From Escherichia coli O157:H7 (GTDB taxonomy: Bacteria > Pseudomonadota > Gammaproteobacteria > Enterobacterales > Enterobacteriaceae), in assembly GCF_013167455.1 (NCBI RefSeq), contig NZ_CP038328.1: DNA of 64,000 nt; one strand, given 5' to 3'. Within the stretch, counting starts at the first letter, position 1. Every line of letters starts with the position of its first letter. Below the pieces are notes generated by a model. It was not told the DNA's origin and made no database searches. It worked only from the letters and a program-made list of their open reading frames with translations. Position numbers and translations under genes: made by a program. This document shows positions 13,042 through 22,311 of the stretch, one piece after another.

Positions 13042-14981
13042 TGCCGGAAATTGGTAACGGGCTGCTGTGCCTGGCGCTGGGAATTGCGCTGCTGCTGTCC
13101 GTGTATCCGCTATGGGGCGTGGCGCGCGGAGATGCGCGCATGATGGCGTCTTCCCGCTTGTTTGCCTGGCTGCTGTTTATGTCTGTGGCTGGCGCATTTC
13201 TGGTGCTGGTCAATGCTTTCGTGGTCAACGACTTTACCGTCACCTATGTTGCCAGCAACTCCAATACCCAGCTTCCGGTGTGGTATCGCGTGGCGGCTAC
13301 CTGGGGCGCACATGAAGGCTCACTGCTGCTGTGGGTGCTGCTGATGAGCGGCTGGACCTTTGCGGTGGCGATTTTTAGTCAGCGTATTCCGCTGGATATT
13401 GTGGCCCGCGTACTGGCGATAATGGGGATGGTCAGTGTCGGCTTTTTGCTGTTCATTCTCTTTACCTCTAACCCATTCTCACGCACGCTGCCGAACTTCC
13501 CGATTGAAGGGCGCGATCTTAACCCGCTGTTACAGGATCCGGGGCTGATCTTCCATCCGCCTCTGCTTTATATGGGGTACGTGGGTTTCTCGGTGGCGTT
13601 TGCTTTTGCCATTGCTTCTTTGCTGAGCGGGCGTCTGGACAGCACTTATGCGCGTTTTACTCGTCCGTGGACGCTGGCAGCGTGGATCTTCCTGACGCTC
13701 GGCATCGTGCTCGGTTCCGCATGGGCCTATTACGAACTCGGCTGGGGTGGCTGGTGGTTCTGGGATCCGGTAGAAAACGCCTCGTTTATGCCGTGGCTGG
13801 TGGGGACTGCGCTGATGCACTCACTGGCGGTCACTGAACAACGCGCCAGCTTCAAAGCGTGGACATTACTGCTGGCAATCAGTGCCTTCTCGTTGTGTCT
13901 GTTGGGGACTTTCCTCGTGCGTTCCGGCGTGCTGGTATCGGTACACGCGTTTGCGTCTGATCCGGCGCGCGGTATGTTTATCCTCGCCTTTATGGTGCTG
14001 GTGATTGGCGGTTCGCTGCTGCTGTTTGCCGCGCGTGGACACAAAGTTCGCTCACGCGTAAACAATGCGCTGTGGTCGCGGGAATCTTTGCTGTTAGCGA
14101 ACAACGTTTTGCTGGTCGCCGCGATGCTGGTGGTGTTGCTGGGGACGCTGCTGCCGCTGGTGCACAAGCAACTGGGACTGGGCAGTATTTCGATTGGCGA
14201 ACCGTTCTTCAACACCATGTTTACCTGGCTGATGGTGCCGTTTGCGCTACTGCTGGGTGTCGGTCCTCTGGTGCGCTGGGGGCGCGATCGCCCACGTAAA
14301 ATCCGCAATTTATTGATTATCGCCTTCATCTCTACGCTGGTGCTGTCTCTGCTGTTGCCGTGGCTGTTCGAAAGCAAAGTTGTGGCGATGACGGTGCTCG
14401 GCCTGGCAATGGCCTGCTGGATTGCGGTGCTGGCAATTGCGGAAGCTGCGCTACGTATTTCACGCGGCACGAAAACCACCTTCAGTTATTGGGGGATGGT
14501 GGCGGCTCACCTGGGGCTGGCAGTGACAATTGTTGGCATTGCCTTTAGCCAGAACTATAGCGTTGAGCGTGATGTGCGCATGAAGTCCGGCGATAGCGTC
14601 GATATTCATGAATATCGCTTCACCTTCCGTGATGTCAAAGAGGTGACTGGCCCGAACTGGCGTGGCGGTGTGGCGACTATCGGCGTAACGCGAGAGGGTA
14701 AACCGGAAACGGTGCTGTATGCGGAAAAACGTTATTACAACACTGCCGGGTCGATGATGACCGAAGCGGCAATTGACGGCGGCATCACGCGTGACCTGTA
14801 CGCCGCGCTCGGTGAAGAGCTGGAAAACGGCGCGTGGGCTGTGCGTCTTTACTACAAACCATTTGTTCGCTGGATTTGGGCGGGCGGGCTGATGATGGCG
14901 TTGGGCGGACTGCTGTGTCTGTTTGATCCTCGCTATCGTAAGCGCGTGAGCCCGCAAAAAACTGCGCCGGAGGCTGTATGA
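13038..14981 (+). CDS. ccmF: cytochrome c heme lyase subunit CcmF
   Basis: 647-aa polytopic membrane protein with a [11 protein letters not shown] tryptophan-rich motif. Confidence 0.93.
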
Positions 14982-15535
14982 AGCGCAAAGTATTGTTAAT
15001 TCCGTTGATTATCTTCCTGGCGATTGCCGCGGCGCTGCTGTGGCAGCTGGCGCGTAATGCCGAAGGGGATGATCCGACCAATCTGGAATCGGCGCTCATT
15101 GGCAAGCCTGTGCCGAAGTTTCGTCTCGAATCACTGGACAATCCGGGGCAGTTTTATCAGGCGGATGTGCTGACTCAGGGCAAACCAGTGCTGCTTAACG
15201 TCTGGGCGACCTGGTGTCCGACCTGCCGTGCGGAACATCAATATCTGAATCAGCTTTCTGCGCAGGGCATCCGCGTGGTCGGCATGAACTATAAAGACGA
15301 TCGCCAGAAGGCAATCAGCTGGCTGAAAGAGCTGGGCAATCCTTACGCGCTAAGCCTTTTTGATGGCGATGGCATGTTAGGGCTGGATCTCGGTGTCTAT
15401 GGCGCGCCAGAAACGTTTCTTATTGACGGCAACGGCATCATTCGCTATCGCCATGCGGGCGATCTCAATCCTCGCGTCTGGGAAGAAGAGATCAAGCCGC
15501 TGTGGGAGAAATACAGTAAGGAGGCCGCACAATGA
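14978..15535 (+). CDS. ccmG: thiol:disulfide interchange protein CcmG/DsbE
   Basis: 185 aa. TM anchor and thioredoxin motif WATWCPTC. Confidence 0.93.
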   Translation: MKRKVLLIPLIIFLAIAAALLWQLARNAEGDDPTNLESALIGKPVPKFRLESLDNPGQFYQADVLTQGKPVLLNVWATWCPTCRAEHQYLNQLSAQGIRVVGMNYKDDRQKAISWLKELGNPYALSLFDGDGMLGLDLGVYGAPETFLIDGNGIIRYRHAGDLNPRVWEEEIKPLWEKYSKEAAQ

Positions 15536-16584
15536 GGTTTTTATTGGGCGTGCTGATGCTGATGATCTCCGGCTCAGCGCTGGCGACCATCGACGTGTTG
15601 CAGTTTAAAGATGAAGCACAGGAACAACAGTTCCGTCAGCTCACTGAAGAACTGCGCTGCCCGAAATGCCAGAATAACAGCATTGCCGATTCCAACTCGA
15701 TGATTGCCACCGACCTGCGCCAGAAAGTGTATGAACTGATGCAGGAAGGCAAAAGTAAGAAAGAGATTGTCGATTATATGGTGGCGCGTTACGGCAACTT
15801 CGTCACTTACGATCCGCCGTTAACGCCGCTGACCGTGCTGCTGTGGGTGCTTCCGGTAGTGGCTATTGGTATTGGCGGTTGGGTCATATACGCCCGTTCG
15901 CGGCGTCGGGTACGCGTGGTACCGGAAGCGTTTCCTGAACAAAGCGTGCCGGAAGGTAAGCGTGCCGGATATGTTGTTTATCTGCCGGGTATTGTGGTGG
16001 CGTTAATTGTGGCTGGCGTCAGCTACTACCAGACTGGCAATTATCAGCAGGTGAAAATCTGGCAGCAGGCCACGGCACAGGCTCCGGCGTTGCTGGACAG
16101 GGCGCTGGATCCGAAAGCCGATCCGCTCAACGAAGAAGAGATGTCGCGCCTTGCGCTGGGGATGCGTACTCAACTGCAAAAAAATCCGGGAGATATAGAA
16201 GGTTGGATTATGTTGGGTCGCGTTGGCATGGCGCTGGGTAACGCCAGTATCGCCACCGATGCATACGCTACTGCGTATCGCCTCGATCCGAAAAACAGCG
16301 ATGCCACACTGGGTTATGCTGAAGCGTTGACACGTTCATCTGATCCCAACGACAACCGCCTCGGCGGCGAACTGCTGCGCCAGTTGGTGAGAACGGACCA
16401 TAGCAATATTCGTGTGTTAAGCATGTATGCGTTTAATGCCTTTGAGCAGCAGCGATTTGGCGAAGCCGTTGCCGCGTGGGAGATGATGTTGAAACTCTTA
16501 CCTGCCAACGATACTCGCCGTGCGGTGATTGAACGTAGTATCGCGCAGGCGATGCAACATTTGTCGCCGCAGGAGAGTAAATAA
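15532..16584 (+). CDS. ccmH: cytochrome c maturation protein CcmH
   Basis: 350 aa. LRCPKCQ motif followed by a TPR-like C-terminal half. Confidence 0.92.
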   Translation: MRFLLGVLMLMISGSALATIDVLQFKDEAQEQQFRQLTEELRCPKCQNNSIADSNSMIATDLRQKVYELMQEGKSKKEIVDYMVARYGNFVTYDPPLTPLTVLLWVLPVVAIGIGGWVIYARSRRRVRVVPEAFPEQSVPEGKRAGYVVYLPGIVVALIVAGVSYYQTGNYQQVKIWQQATAQAPALLDRALDPKADPLNEEEMSRLALGMRTQLQKNPGDIEGWIMLGRVGMALGNASIATDAYATAYRLDPKNSDATLGYAEALTRSSDPNDNRLGGELLRQLVRTDHSNIRVLSMYAFNAFEQQRFGEAVAAWEMMLKLLPANDTRRAVIERSIAQAMQHLSPQESK

Positions 16585-16620
16585 AAAGAGGCCCGATGGT
16601 GATGCCATCGGGCTATTTTT
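16585..16620. terminator. bidirectional rho-independent terminator between ccmH and narP
   Basis: GCCCGATGG-tgatg-CCATCGGGC stem flanked by an A-run and a T-run. The two flanking genes are convergent. Confidence 0.8.
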
Positions 16621-17266
16621 ATTGTGCCCCGCGTTGTTGCAGGAACAGAATGGTGGCTGCCACGCGTGAGCGGACATTGAGTTTGCGCAGTAGATTGCGA
16701 ATATGTACTTTTACTGTCTGCTCGGAAATATTCAACACCGAGGCAATCTGTTTATTTGACAGCCCCTGTGCCAGCTCGTGCAGAACATCCAGCTCGCGCT
16801 CCGTCAGCACGCTGAAGGGATCTTCTTCCGCGCCAAACATTTCACGTTCATGTAAGTACTGATTGACGCGTTCGCTAAAGACTTTGCTGCCTTTCGCTCC
16901 GGCACGAATCGCTTCCAGCAACACTTCCGGGTCGCTGTCTTTCAACAGATAACCGTCTGCGCCTGCGTCTATCAGTGCAAAGACATCGCTGGAGGCATCT
17001 GATACGGTCAGGATAATAATTTGCGCGGTAACGCCATCCCTGCGCAAGGCATTGAGGGTATCCAGGCCACTCATACCTTTCATATTGAGATCCAGCAAGA
17101 TCACGTCGATATCCAGTCTATTCGCCAGATCGATAGCACTCGCGCCGTCGCCCGCTTCGGCGACCACTTCAAAGCCAGGATCAAGCTCCAGTAACTGACG
17201 AACACCGCGTCGCATAAGTGGATGATCATCCACAATCATCACCTGAAAAGGCGTTGCTTCAGGCAT
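16619..17266 (-). CDS. narP: nitrate/nitrite response regulator NarP
   Basis: Internal start MPEATPFQVMIVDDHP (215 aa). Receiver domain plus LuxR-type HTH (LTERELDVLHELAQGLSNKQIA). Confidence 0.93.
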   Translation of the reverse strand: MPEATPFQVMIVDDHPLMRRGVRQLLELDPGFEVVAEAGDGASAIDLANRLDIDVILLDLNMKGMSGLDTLNALRRDGVTAQIIILTVSDASSDVFALIDAGADGYLLKDSDPEVLLEAIRAGAKGSKVFSERVNQYLHEREMFGAEEDPFSVLTERELDVLHELAQGLSNKQIASVLNISEQTVKVHIRNLLRKLNVRSRVAATILFLQQRGAQ

Positions 17267-17585
17267 AGTAGTCTCCTGAGGTTTTATTAGAATCATTATG
17301 TTTGAGCGTAGCGTTGGTAACGCTACCAGGCGCGTGAATGTTACCCCATTTTATGTATGGACATGTAGCGAAAACTACAACCTTGTCGTTCGCTTTGGCA
17401 TCATTTTCATTATAAAGACGGAATTTTGCATCAGCTTCTCATCAAGAAAAACAACTAAAAAATCAATCACAATACTTGTGCATTTCTTTAAACAGTTTTT
17501 AAAAACTGACTCCGGGTATGGAGCTATGGGTATTTTCTGTACCCAATGCTTTTAACTGCAATTAATTTCATAGGATGAAAGCTCA

Positions 17586-20177
17586 ATGCATCAATCTGGT
17601 TCTGTTTCTCTTTGTCGTTCCGCAATATCTGTTCTGGTAGCTACAGCGTTATATTCACCCATAGCATTGGCATCAACAGTTGAGTATGGTGAGACAGTTG
17701 ATGGTGTTGTCCTGGAAAAAGATATCCAGCTGGTTTATGGGACCGCCAATAATACGAAAATCAATCCTGGCGGAGAACAGCATATTAAAGAATTTGGTAT
17801 AAGTAGTAATACTGAAATTAACGGCGGGTATCAGTACATTGAAATGAATGGCACCGCAGAATACTCAGTATTAAATGATGGTTATCAAATTGTTCAAATG
17901 GGTGGCGCGGCAAACCAGACTACGCTCAATAATGGTGTGCTACAGGTTTATGGCGCAGCGAATGATCCCACGATTAAAGGCGGGCGCTTAATCGTTGAAA
18001 AAGATGGGATTACCGTCCTTGCCGCTATCGAAAAGGGAGGATTACTGGAGGTTAAAGAGGGGGGATTAGCGATTGCGGTAGATCAGAAAGCAGGCGGTGC
18101 TATTAAAGCAAGCACGCGGGTCATGGAGGTATTCGGAACAAACCGTCTCGGTCAGTTCGAAATCAAGAATGGTATTGCTAACAATATGCTGTTGGAAAAC
18201 GGCGGAAGTTTGCGAGTTGAAGAAAATGACTTCGCTTATAATACTACTGTAGATAGTGGCGGCTTACTGGAGGTTATGGATGGCGGGACTGCAACTGGCG
18301 TTGATAAAAAAGCAGGCGGAAAATTAATTGTCTCAACGAATGCGCTGGAAGTGAGTGGTACAAACAGTAAAGGCCAATTTAGTATAAAAGATGGTGTGTC
18401 AAAAAATTATGAACTGGATGATGGTTCCGGGCTTATTGTTATGGAGGACACGCAGGCCATTGACACTATCCTCGATGAGCATGCCACTATGCAATCGCTG
18501 GGAAAGGATACTGGTACGAGAGTGCAGGCAAATGCGGTATATGATCTCGGTCGATCAGATCAGAATGGAAGTATAACGTATTCCTCTAAAGCCATCTCTG
18601 AAAATATGGTTATCAACAATGGCCGCGCTAACGTCTGGGCTGGCACAATGGTTAACGTGTCAGTCAGAGGAAATGATGGCATTCTTGAGGTTATGAAGCC
18701 GCAAATAAATTATGCACCCGCAATGTTGGTGGGTAAGGTAGTGGTTTCTGAGGGCGCTTCTTTAAGAACGCATGGTGCCGTGGATACCAGCAAAGCGGAT
18801 GTTTCGCTCGAAAATAGCGCATGGACCATCATTGCCGATATCACTACGACGAACCAAAACACCCGCCTTAACTTAGCCAACCTTGCGATGTCTGGCGCAA
18901 ATGTGATTATGATGGATGAGTCAGTGACTCGTTCATCTGTGACGGCAAGTGCGGAAAATTTCACTACGTTGACCACCAATACCCTGTCGGGAAACGGCAA
19001 TTTTTATATGCGTACCGATATGGCGAATCATCAGAGCGATCAGCTCAACGTCACCGGTCAGGCAACAGGTGATTTCAAAATATTCGTGACGGACACCGGT
19101 GCCAGCCCGGCAGCAGGAGATAGCCTTACACTGGTAACAACGGGCGGCGGTGATGCTGCATTTACGTTGGGCAATGCCGGAGGCGTTGTTGATATCGGTA
19201 CGTATGAATATACCTTGCTGGATAATGGTAACCATAGCTGGAGTCTGGCAGAGAATCGCGCGCAAATTACCCCTTCAACCACTGATGTGCTGAATATGGC
19301 GGCCGCACAACCGCTGGTATTTGATGCAGAACTGGACACCGTGCGTGAGCGTCTTGGTAGCGTAAAAGGCGTTAGTTACGATACGGCGATGTGGAGTTCG
19401 GCAATTAACACCCGCAACAACGTGACCACTGATGCGGGAGCTGGTTTTGAGCAAACATTGACGGGCCTGACGCTCGGTATCGATAGCCGTTTCTCCCGTG
19501 AAGAAAGCAGCACAATTCGCGGCTTGTTCTTTGGTTACTCTCATTCTGATATTGGTTTTGATCGCGGCGGCAAAGGCAATGTCGATAGCTATACCCTGGG
19601 GGCTTATGCCGGTTGGGAGCATCAGAACGGTGCCTATGTTGATGGAGTGGTGAAAGTTGACCGTTTTGCCAACACCATCCATGGCAAGATGAGTAATGGG
19701 GCAACAGCGTTTGGCGATTACAATAGTAACGGCGCGGGTGCTCATGTCGAGAGCGGGTTCCGTTGGGTTGACGGATTGTGGAGTGTTAGACCCTATCTGG
19801 CCTTTACCGGCTTTACCACAGATGGTCAGGACTACACGTTATCAAACGGCATGCGCGCGGATGTGGGAAATACCCGGATATTACGCGCTGAAGCGGGAAC
19901 GGCGGTAAGCTATCACATGGACCTGCAAAACGGTACGACGCTGGAACCCTGGCTGAAAGCCGCCGTGCGTCAGGAATACGCCGATTCTAACCAGGTGAAA
20001 GTTAATGACGATGGCAAATTTAATAATGATGTGGCTGGAACCCGTGGCGTTTATCAGGCTGGGATAAGGTCATCGTTTACCCCGACGTTAAGCGGTCATT
20101 TGTCAGTCAGCTATGGCAATGGCGCAGGGGTAGAATCGCCGTGGAATACCCAGGCGGGTGTGGTCTGGACGTTCTGA
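17586..20177 (+). CDS. yejO: autotransporter (AIDA/pertactin-like passenger plus beta-barrel), intact YejO
   Basis: 863 aa. Signal peptide, repetitive Gly/Asn-rich passenger with two ~80-aa tandem repeats (GGLLEV..GG.A..VD.KAGG), and a C-terminal beta-barrel ending in ...GVVWTF. Confidence 0.85.
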   Translation: MHQSGSVSLCRSAISVLVATALYSPIALASTVEYGETVDGVVLEKDIQLVYGTANNTKINPGGEQHIKEFGISSNTEINGGYQYIEMNGTAEYSVLNDGYQIVQMGGAANQTTLNNGVLQVYGAANDPTIKGGRLIVEKDGITVLAAIEKGGLLEVKEGGLAIAVDQKAGGAIKASTRVMEVFGTNRLGQFEIKNGIANNMLLENGGSLRVEENDFAYNTTVDSGGLLEVMDGGTATGVDKKAGGKLIVSTNALEVSGTNSKGQFSIKDGVSKNYELDDGSGLIVMEDTQAIDTILDEHATMQSLGKDTGTRVQANAVYDLGRSDQNGSITYSSKAISENMVINNGRANVWAGTMVNVSVRGNDGILEVMKPQINYAPAMLVGKVVVSEGASLRTHGAVDTSKADVSLENSAWTIIADITTTNQNTRLNLANLAMSGANVIMMDESVTRSSVTASAENFTTLTTNTLSGNGNFYMRTDMANHQSDQLNVTGQATGDFKIFVTDTGASPAAGDSLTLVTTGGGDAAFTLGNAGGVVDIGTYEYTLLDNGNHSWSLAENRAQITPSTTDVLNMAAAQPLVFDAELDTVRERLGSVKGVSYDTAMWSSAINTRNNVTTDAGAGFEQTLTGLTLGIDSRFSREESSTIRGLFFGYSHSDIGFDRGGKGNVDSYTLGAYAGWEHQNGAYVDGVVKVDRFANTIHGKMSNGATAFGDYNSNGAGAHVESGFRWVDGLWSVRPYLAFTGFTTDGQDYTLSNGMRADVGNTRILRAEAGTAVSYHMDLQNGTTLEPWLKAAVRQEYADSNQVKVNDDGKFNNDVAGTRGVYQAGIRSSFTPTLSGHLSVSYGNGAGVESPWNTQAGVVWTF

Positions 20178-20238
20178 TAACAGACAATAAACAGGCCCTG
20201 ATGTGTCGCGGTCTGTTTATCGAATTAAATGCAGATAT

Positions 20239-20270
20239 AAAAAAACCAACCTTTACGGTTGGTTTTTTTG
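20239..20270. terminator. hairpin with A/T runs abutting attL (likely the ancestral proL terminator and yejO terminator)
   Basis: AAAAAACCAACC-ttta-cGGTTGGTTTTTTT sits 5 bp from the left direct repeat. Confidence 0.75.
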
Positions 20271-20275
20271 GGATT

Positions 20276-20292
20276 TTTGGTCGGCACGAGAG
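20276..20292. repeat. attL core (direct repeat of the tRNA-Pro 3' end)
   Basis: TTTGGTCGGCACGAGAG is identical to 29850-29866. Confidence 0.9.
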
Positions 20293-20353
20293 TAGTTTAA
20301 TTGAGTATGTAACTACATGATTTTAAATAATATGCTTGATTCAACTTTTAAAC

Positions 20354-20377
20354 CGTATAACTAAACGTATAACTAAA
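20354..20377 (+). promoter_or_regulatory. two tandem 12-bp arm-type repeats CGTATAACTAAA
   Basis: The same 12-mer occurs four more times at 29665-29720 next to the integrase gene. Typical arrangement for integrase arm-binding sites. Confidence 0.65.
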
Positions 20378-20559
20378 ATCATTTGCTGAAAAAGTGTACA
20401 ATTTAAATGCGAGTTTTCCTGTGGTAAAAGCTCCAACCGTAACGATGTTCGTTATGGTTGCCTTGATGGTCTGCGTGGTCATTATGACCATTCAGGATTT
20501 GAAGGGTGACGCTTCCGACTTCCTCAAATTGAGGTTTCCGAAAATATCAGCGGGTTAGG

Positions 20560-20633
20560 CCAGAGTGCAAATTTGCACTCTGGAACAATTCCAACCAGTA
20601 ATCAGCGCAATTTTGCGCTTTGCTTTAAGTTCA
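20560..20633. repeat. noncoding module A: 24-bp perfect palindrome plus conserved 28-mer
   Basis: CCAGAGTGCAAATTTGCACTCTGG at 20560-20583, then CGCAATTTTGCGCTTTGCTTTAAGTTCA at 20606-20633. The 28-mer is identical to 20825-20852. Confidence 0.8.
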
Positions 20634-20791
20634 GCGAGTAACCGAAGGCGGAATTACGCCCTCGGTACTCACATATGAGAAACGATATTTCTTCCACCGA
20701 TACCCTTTATTTGGGTATCGCGAGTAAGCCCCAAAATCTGGGTGTTACTCTTACTACCCAAACTACGGGTATTTTCCGTAATTTCATGGTC

Positions 20792-20852
20792 GAGTTGCAG
20801 ATCTGCAACTCACCCACCAGCCAACGCAATTTTGCGCTTTGCTTTAAGTTCA
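20792..20852. repeat. noncoding module B: 20-bp perfect palindrome plus conserved 28-mer
   Basis: GAGTTGCAGATCTGCAACTC at 20792-20811, then the 28-mer at 20825-20852. Same order as module A, 219 bp away. Confidence 0.8.
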
Positions 20853-20857
20853 ACCAG

Positions 20858-21139
20858 TTACCGCCGTAACCGCTCCGGCTTCTTCCAGTGGTACGTAATT
20901 TTTGCTTTTTCCCTGTACGTCTGCACGCGGCGACGGTAGGCCAGCATTTCAAGAACGCGGATCCGTATGTTGCGCATATCAACGCCATTAAGTTCTATAC
21001 CATCACGGCGCATCACCTCAGCAACCACACGCGCGTAATTTTCGGCGGTCACGCTGTACGGCTGCGCGGTTTTTTCGTCAGCCTGCTGGCTGATTCCGGC
21101 GACGCGGCGGATTAATCCCAGTATTTCGGCTTCTGTCAT
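20858..21139 (-). CDS. hypothetical protein (93 aa), last gene of the satellite late operon
   Basis: ATG preceded by GGTGGAG. Follows the capsid-like gene. I recognise no motif. Confidence 0.6.
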   Translation of the reverse strand: MTEAEILGLIRRVAGISQQADEKTAQPYSVTAENYARVVAEVMRRDGIELNGVDMRNIRIRVLEMLAYRRRVQTYREKAKITYHWKKPERLRR

Positions 21140-21180
21140 TTCTCCACCTGGTCAGCTATTAAACTGCGAAAATTTCGTAA

Positions 21181-22158
21181 TTATCCCGATACGGGGATCA
21201 CCATATCGGGATTGATGCCGGAAAAATCAGCTTTCGCCAGAACGGTGACGGCCTTATCGAGTTTTTGCCATCCGCAATAGGTGATTGCCCTGAACGCTGT
21301 AGCGTCATTCTGGAAAAGGCTAACCGCCCCTGATTCGGTTTTTATTACCGCCTCATCAGTTGGGGTTATAACCGTGGCTTCAACGTTAATAATCAGCTTT
21401 TGAGCGTCTATCAGCATCATGCGATCCGCCTGTTCGCTCACAATTACCGGTATTCTCAAAAGCTCTATCTGCCAGAACTCAGCATCAGTAAGCTGTAATG
21501 CGTTTTCTACGGGCAAGATTAGCGACGACGTGGAAAGCGTGTTACCGTTCGCTATGTGCTTTTTGAAAAGCTCTATGAAGTTTTCGGCCTCATCAGCACC
21601 ATTAAGCACGCCCTCAGGGGATACGCCAGCCACCTCCTGATCACTGGAAAGAAATTTTTTATCTATTTCTTTCACCGATTCCGATGTGATCAAGTCTCTG
21701 ATCGCTGAATTGGTGCCAGGGGTGCTAAATTTGATTAGCTCGTTATTCAGCATCACAATAGCGCCAAGTTTGCACAGTTTTAGCGCGCTTTCGTTTACTT
21801 CTCCCTCTTTGACAGGGATTTCTTCTGCTTCTTTAAGCCATTTACTACCCTTGCCTGATATTGACTGCAATTTTGCGCCAAACGGAAGATTAAGCGCGCT
21901 GCTGATTAGCTTGCCTGGTACAGACTGCGAAAAAATATATTCTCCAAGCTCTCTTACTATCGGCTCTGCCACCAGCGACGGCATATTATCCGTAGTCATT
22001 CCGGCAATAATGGATTTTTCAAGAAATTTCGATACTGCCGGATCATTTCTTTTCGTCATCTCTATAGCGTCTGCATGGCTGAATTTACACGATGTAAGCA
22101 CGCTGGCGGCGCGAACTGCCGAAACGCCTTTCATGTTTTTAGAAATCATCTTCTTCAT
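21181..22158 (-). CDS. HK97-fold major capsid protein homolog (Phage_capsid-like), lone copy
   Basis: 325 aa. The pattern ...W..E.EEIPV....ES.L...KLGAIV.L.NEL......IRDLI......D..FL......P.G.LNG ... IPVIVSE......LID..... ...LFQNDATAFRA... matches my recollection of the PF05065/HK97 gp5 family layout. Confidence 0.7.
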   Translation of the reverse strand: MKKMISKNMKGVSAVRAASVLTSCKFSHADAIEMTKRNDPAVSKFLEKSIIAGMTTDNMPSLVAEPIVRELGEYIFSQSVPGKLISSALNLPFGAKLQSISGKGSKWLKEAEEIPVKEGEVNESALKLCKLGAIVMLNNELIKFSTPGTNSAIRDLITSESVKEIDKKFLSSDQEVAGVSPEGVLNGADEAENFIELFKKHIANGNTLSTSSLILPVENALQLTDAEFWQIELLRIPVIVSEQADRMMLIDAQKLIINVEATVITPTDEAVIKTESGAVSLFQNDATAFRAITYCGWQKLDKAVTVLAKADFSGINPDMVIPVSG

Positions 22159-22300
22159 CCTCCTGGAAGCACGGGTTTAGTGTTTCGTGAAAATATGGCA
22201 TCAGAACAGCGGCGGCCTGTAACCGTATTTCGGTCGGCTGCTGCTTGTCGTTCATGATTTCCGTGAGTACATCAATAGGGTCTGTGATGTATTCGCTCAT
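22139..22300 (-). CDS. small protein (53 aa) with TerS C-terminal-like helix
   Basis: Not in the track (under 60 aa). ATG at 22300 with GAGG 9 nt upstream. Overlaps the capsid-like start. The motif IRLQAAAVLMPYFH resembles, from memory, a conserved C-terminal segment of small terminase proteins. Confidence 0.5.
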   Translation of the reverse strand: MSEYITDPIDVLTEIMNDKQQPTEIRLQAAAVLMPYFHETLNPCFQEDEEDDF

Positions 22301-22311
22301 AGTTCGCTACC

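Noticed and set aside
20560-20852. Reading the duplicated module as a type III toxin-antitoxin (ToxIN-like) RNA repeat array, or as a CRISPR-like array.
   Set aside because: There are only two units, and they are 219 bp apart rather than short tandem repeats. No adjacent toxin or cas gene is present. The palindromes differ between units, unlike CRISPR repeats.
20675-20869. Track ORF 20675..20869(+), its overlap partners 20707..20988(-) and 20742..20939(+), and the peptide-level similarity PTS(N)QRNFALCFKF between the two repeat units.
   Set aside because: The similarity is explained by the identical 28-mer DNA. The frame through unit A has no start codon, and there are no SDs. I treat the region as noncoding.
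20926-20937. A lambda cosN-like string (CGCGGCGACGGT versus lambda GGGCGGCGACCT) inside the 93-aa ORF, with a second CGGCGAC at 21105.
   Set aside because: Only 8 of 12 positions match, the flanks do not resemble cosQ or cosB, and GC-rich octamers like this are common. It is not enough to call a cos site.
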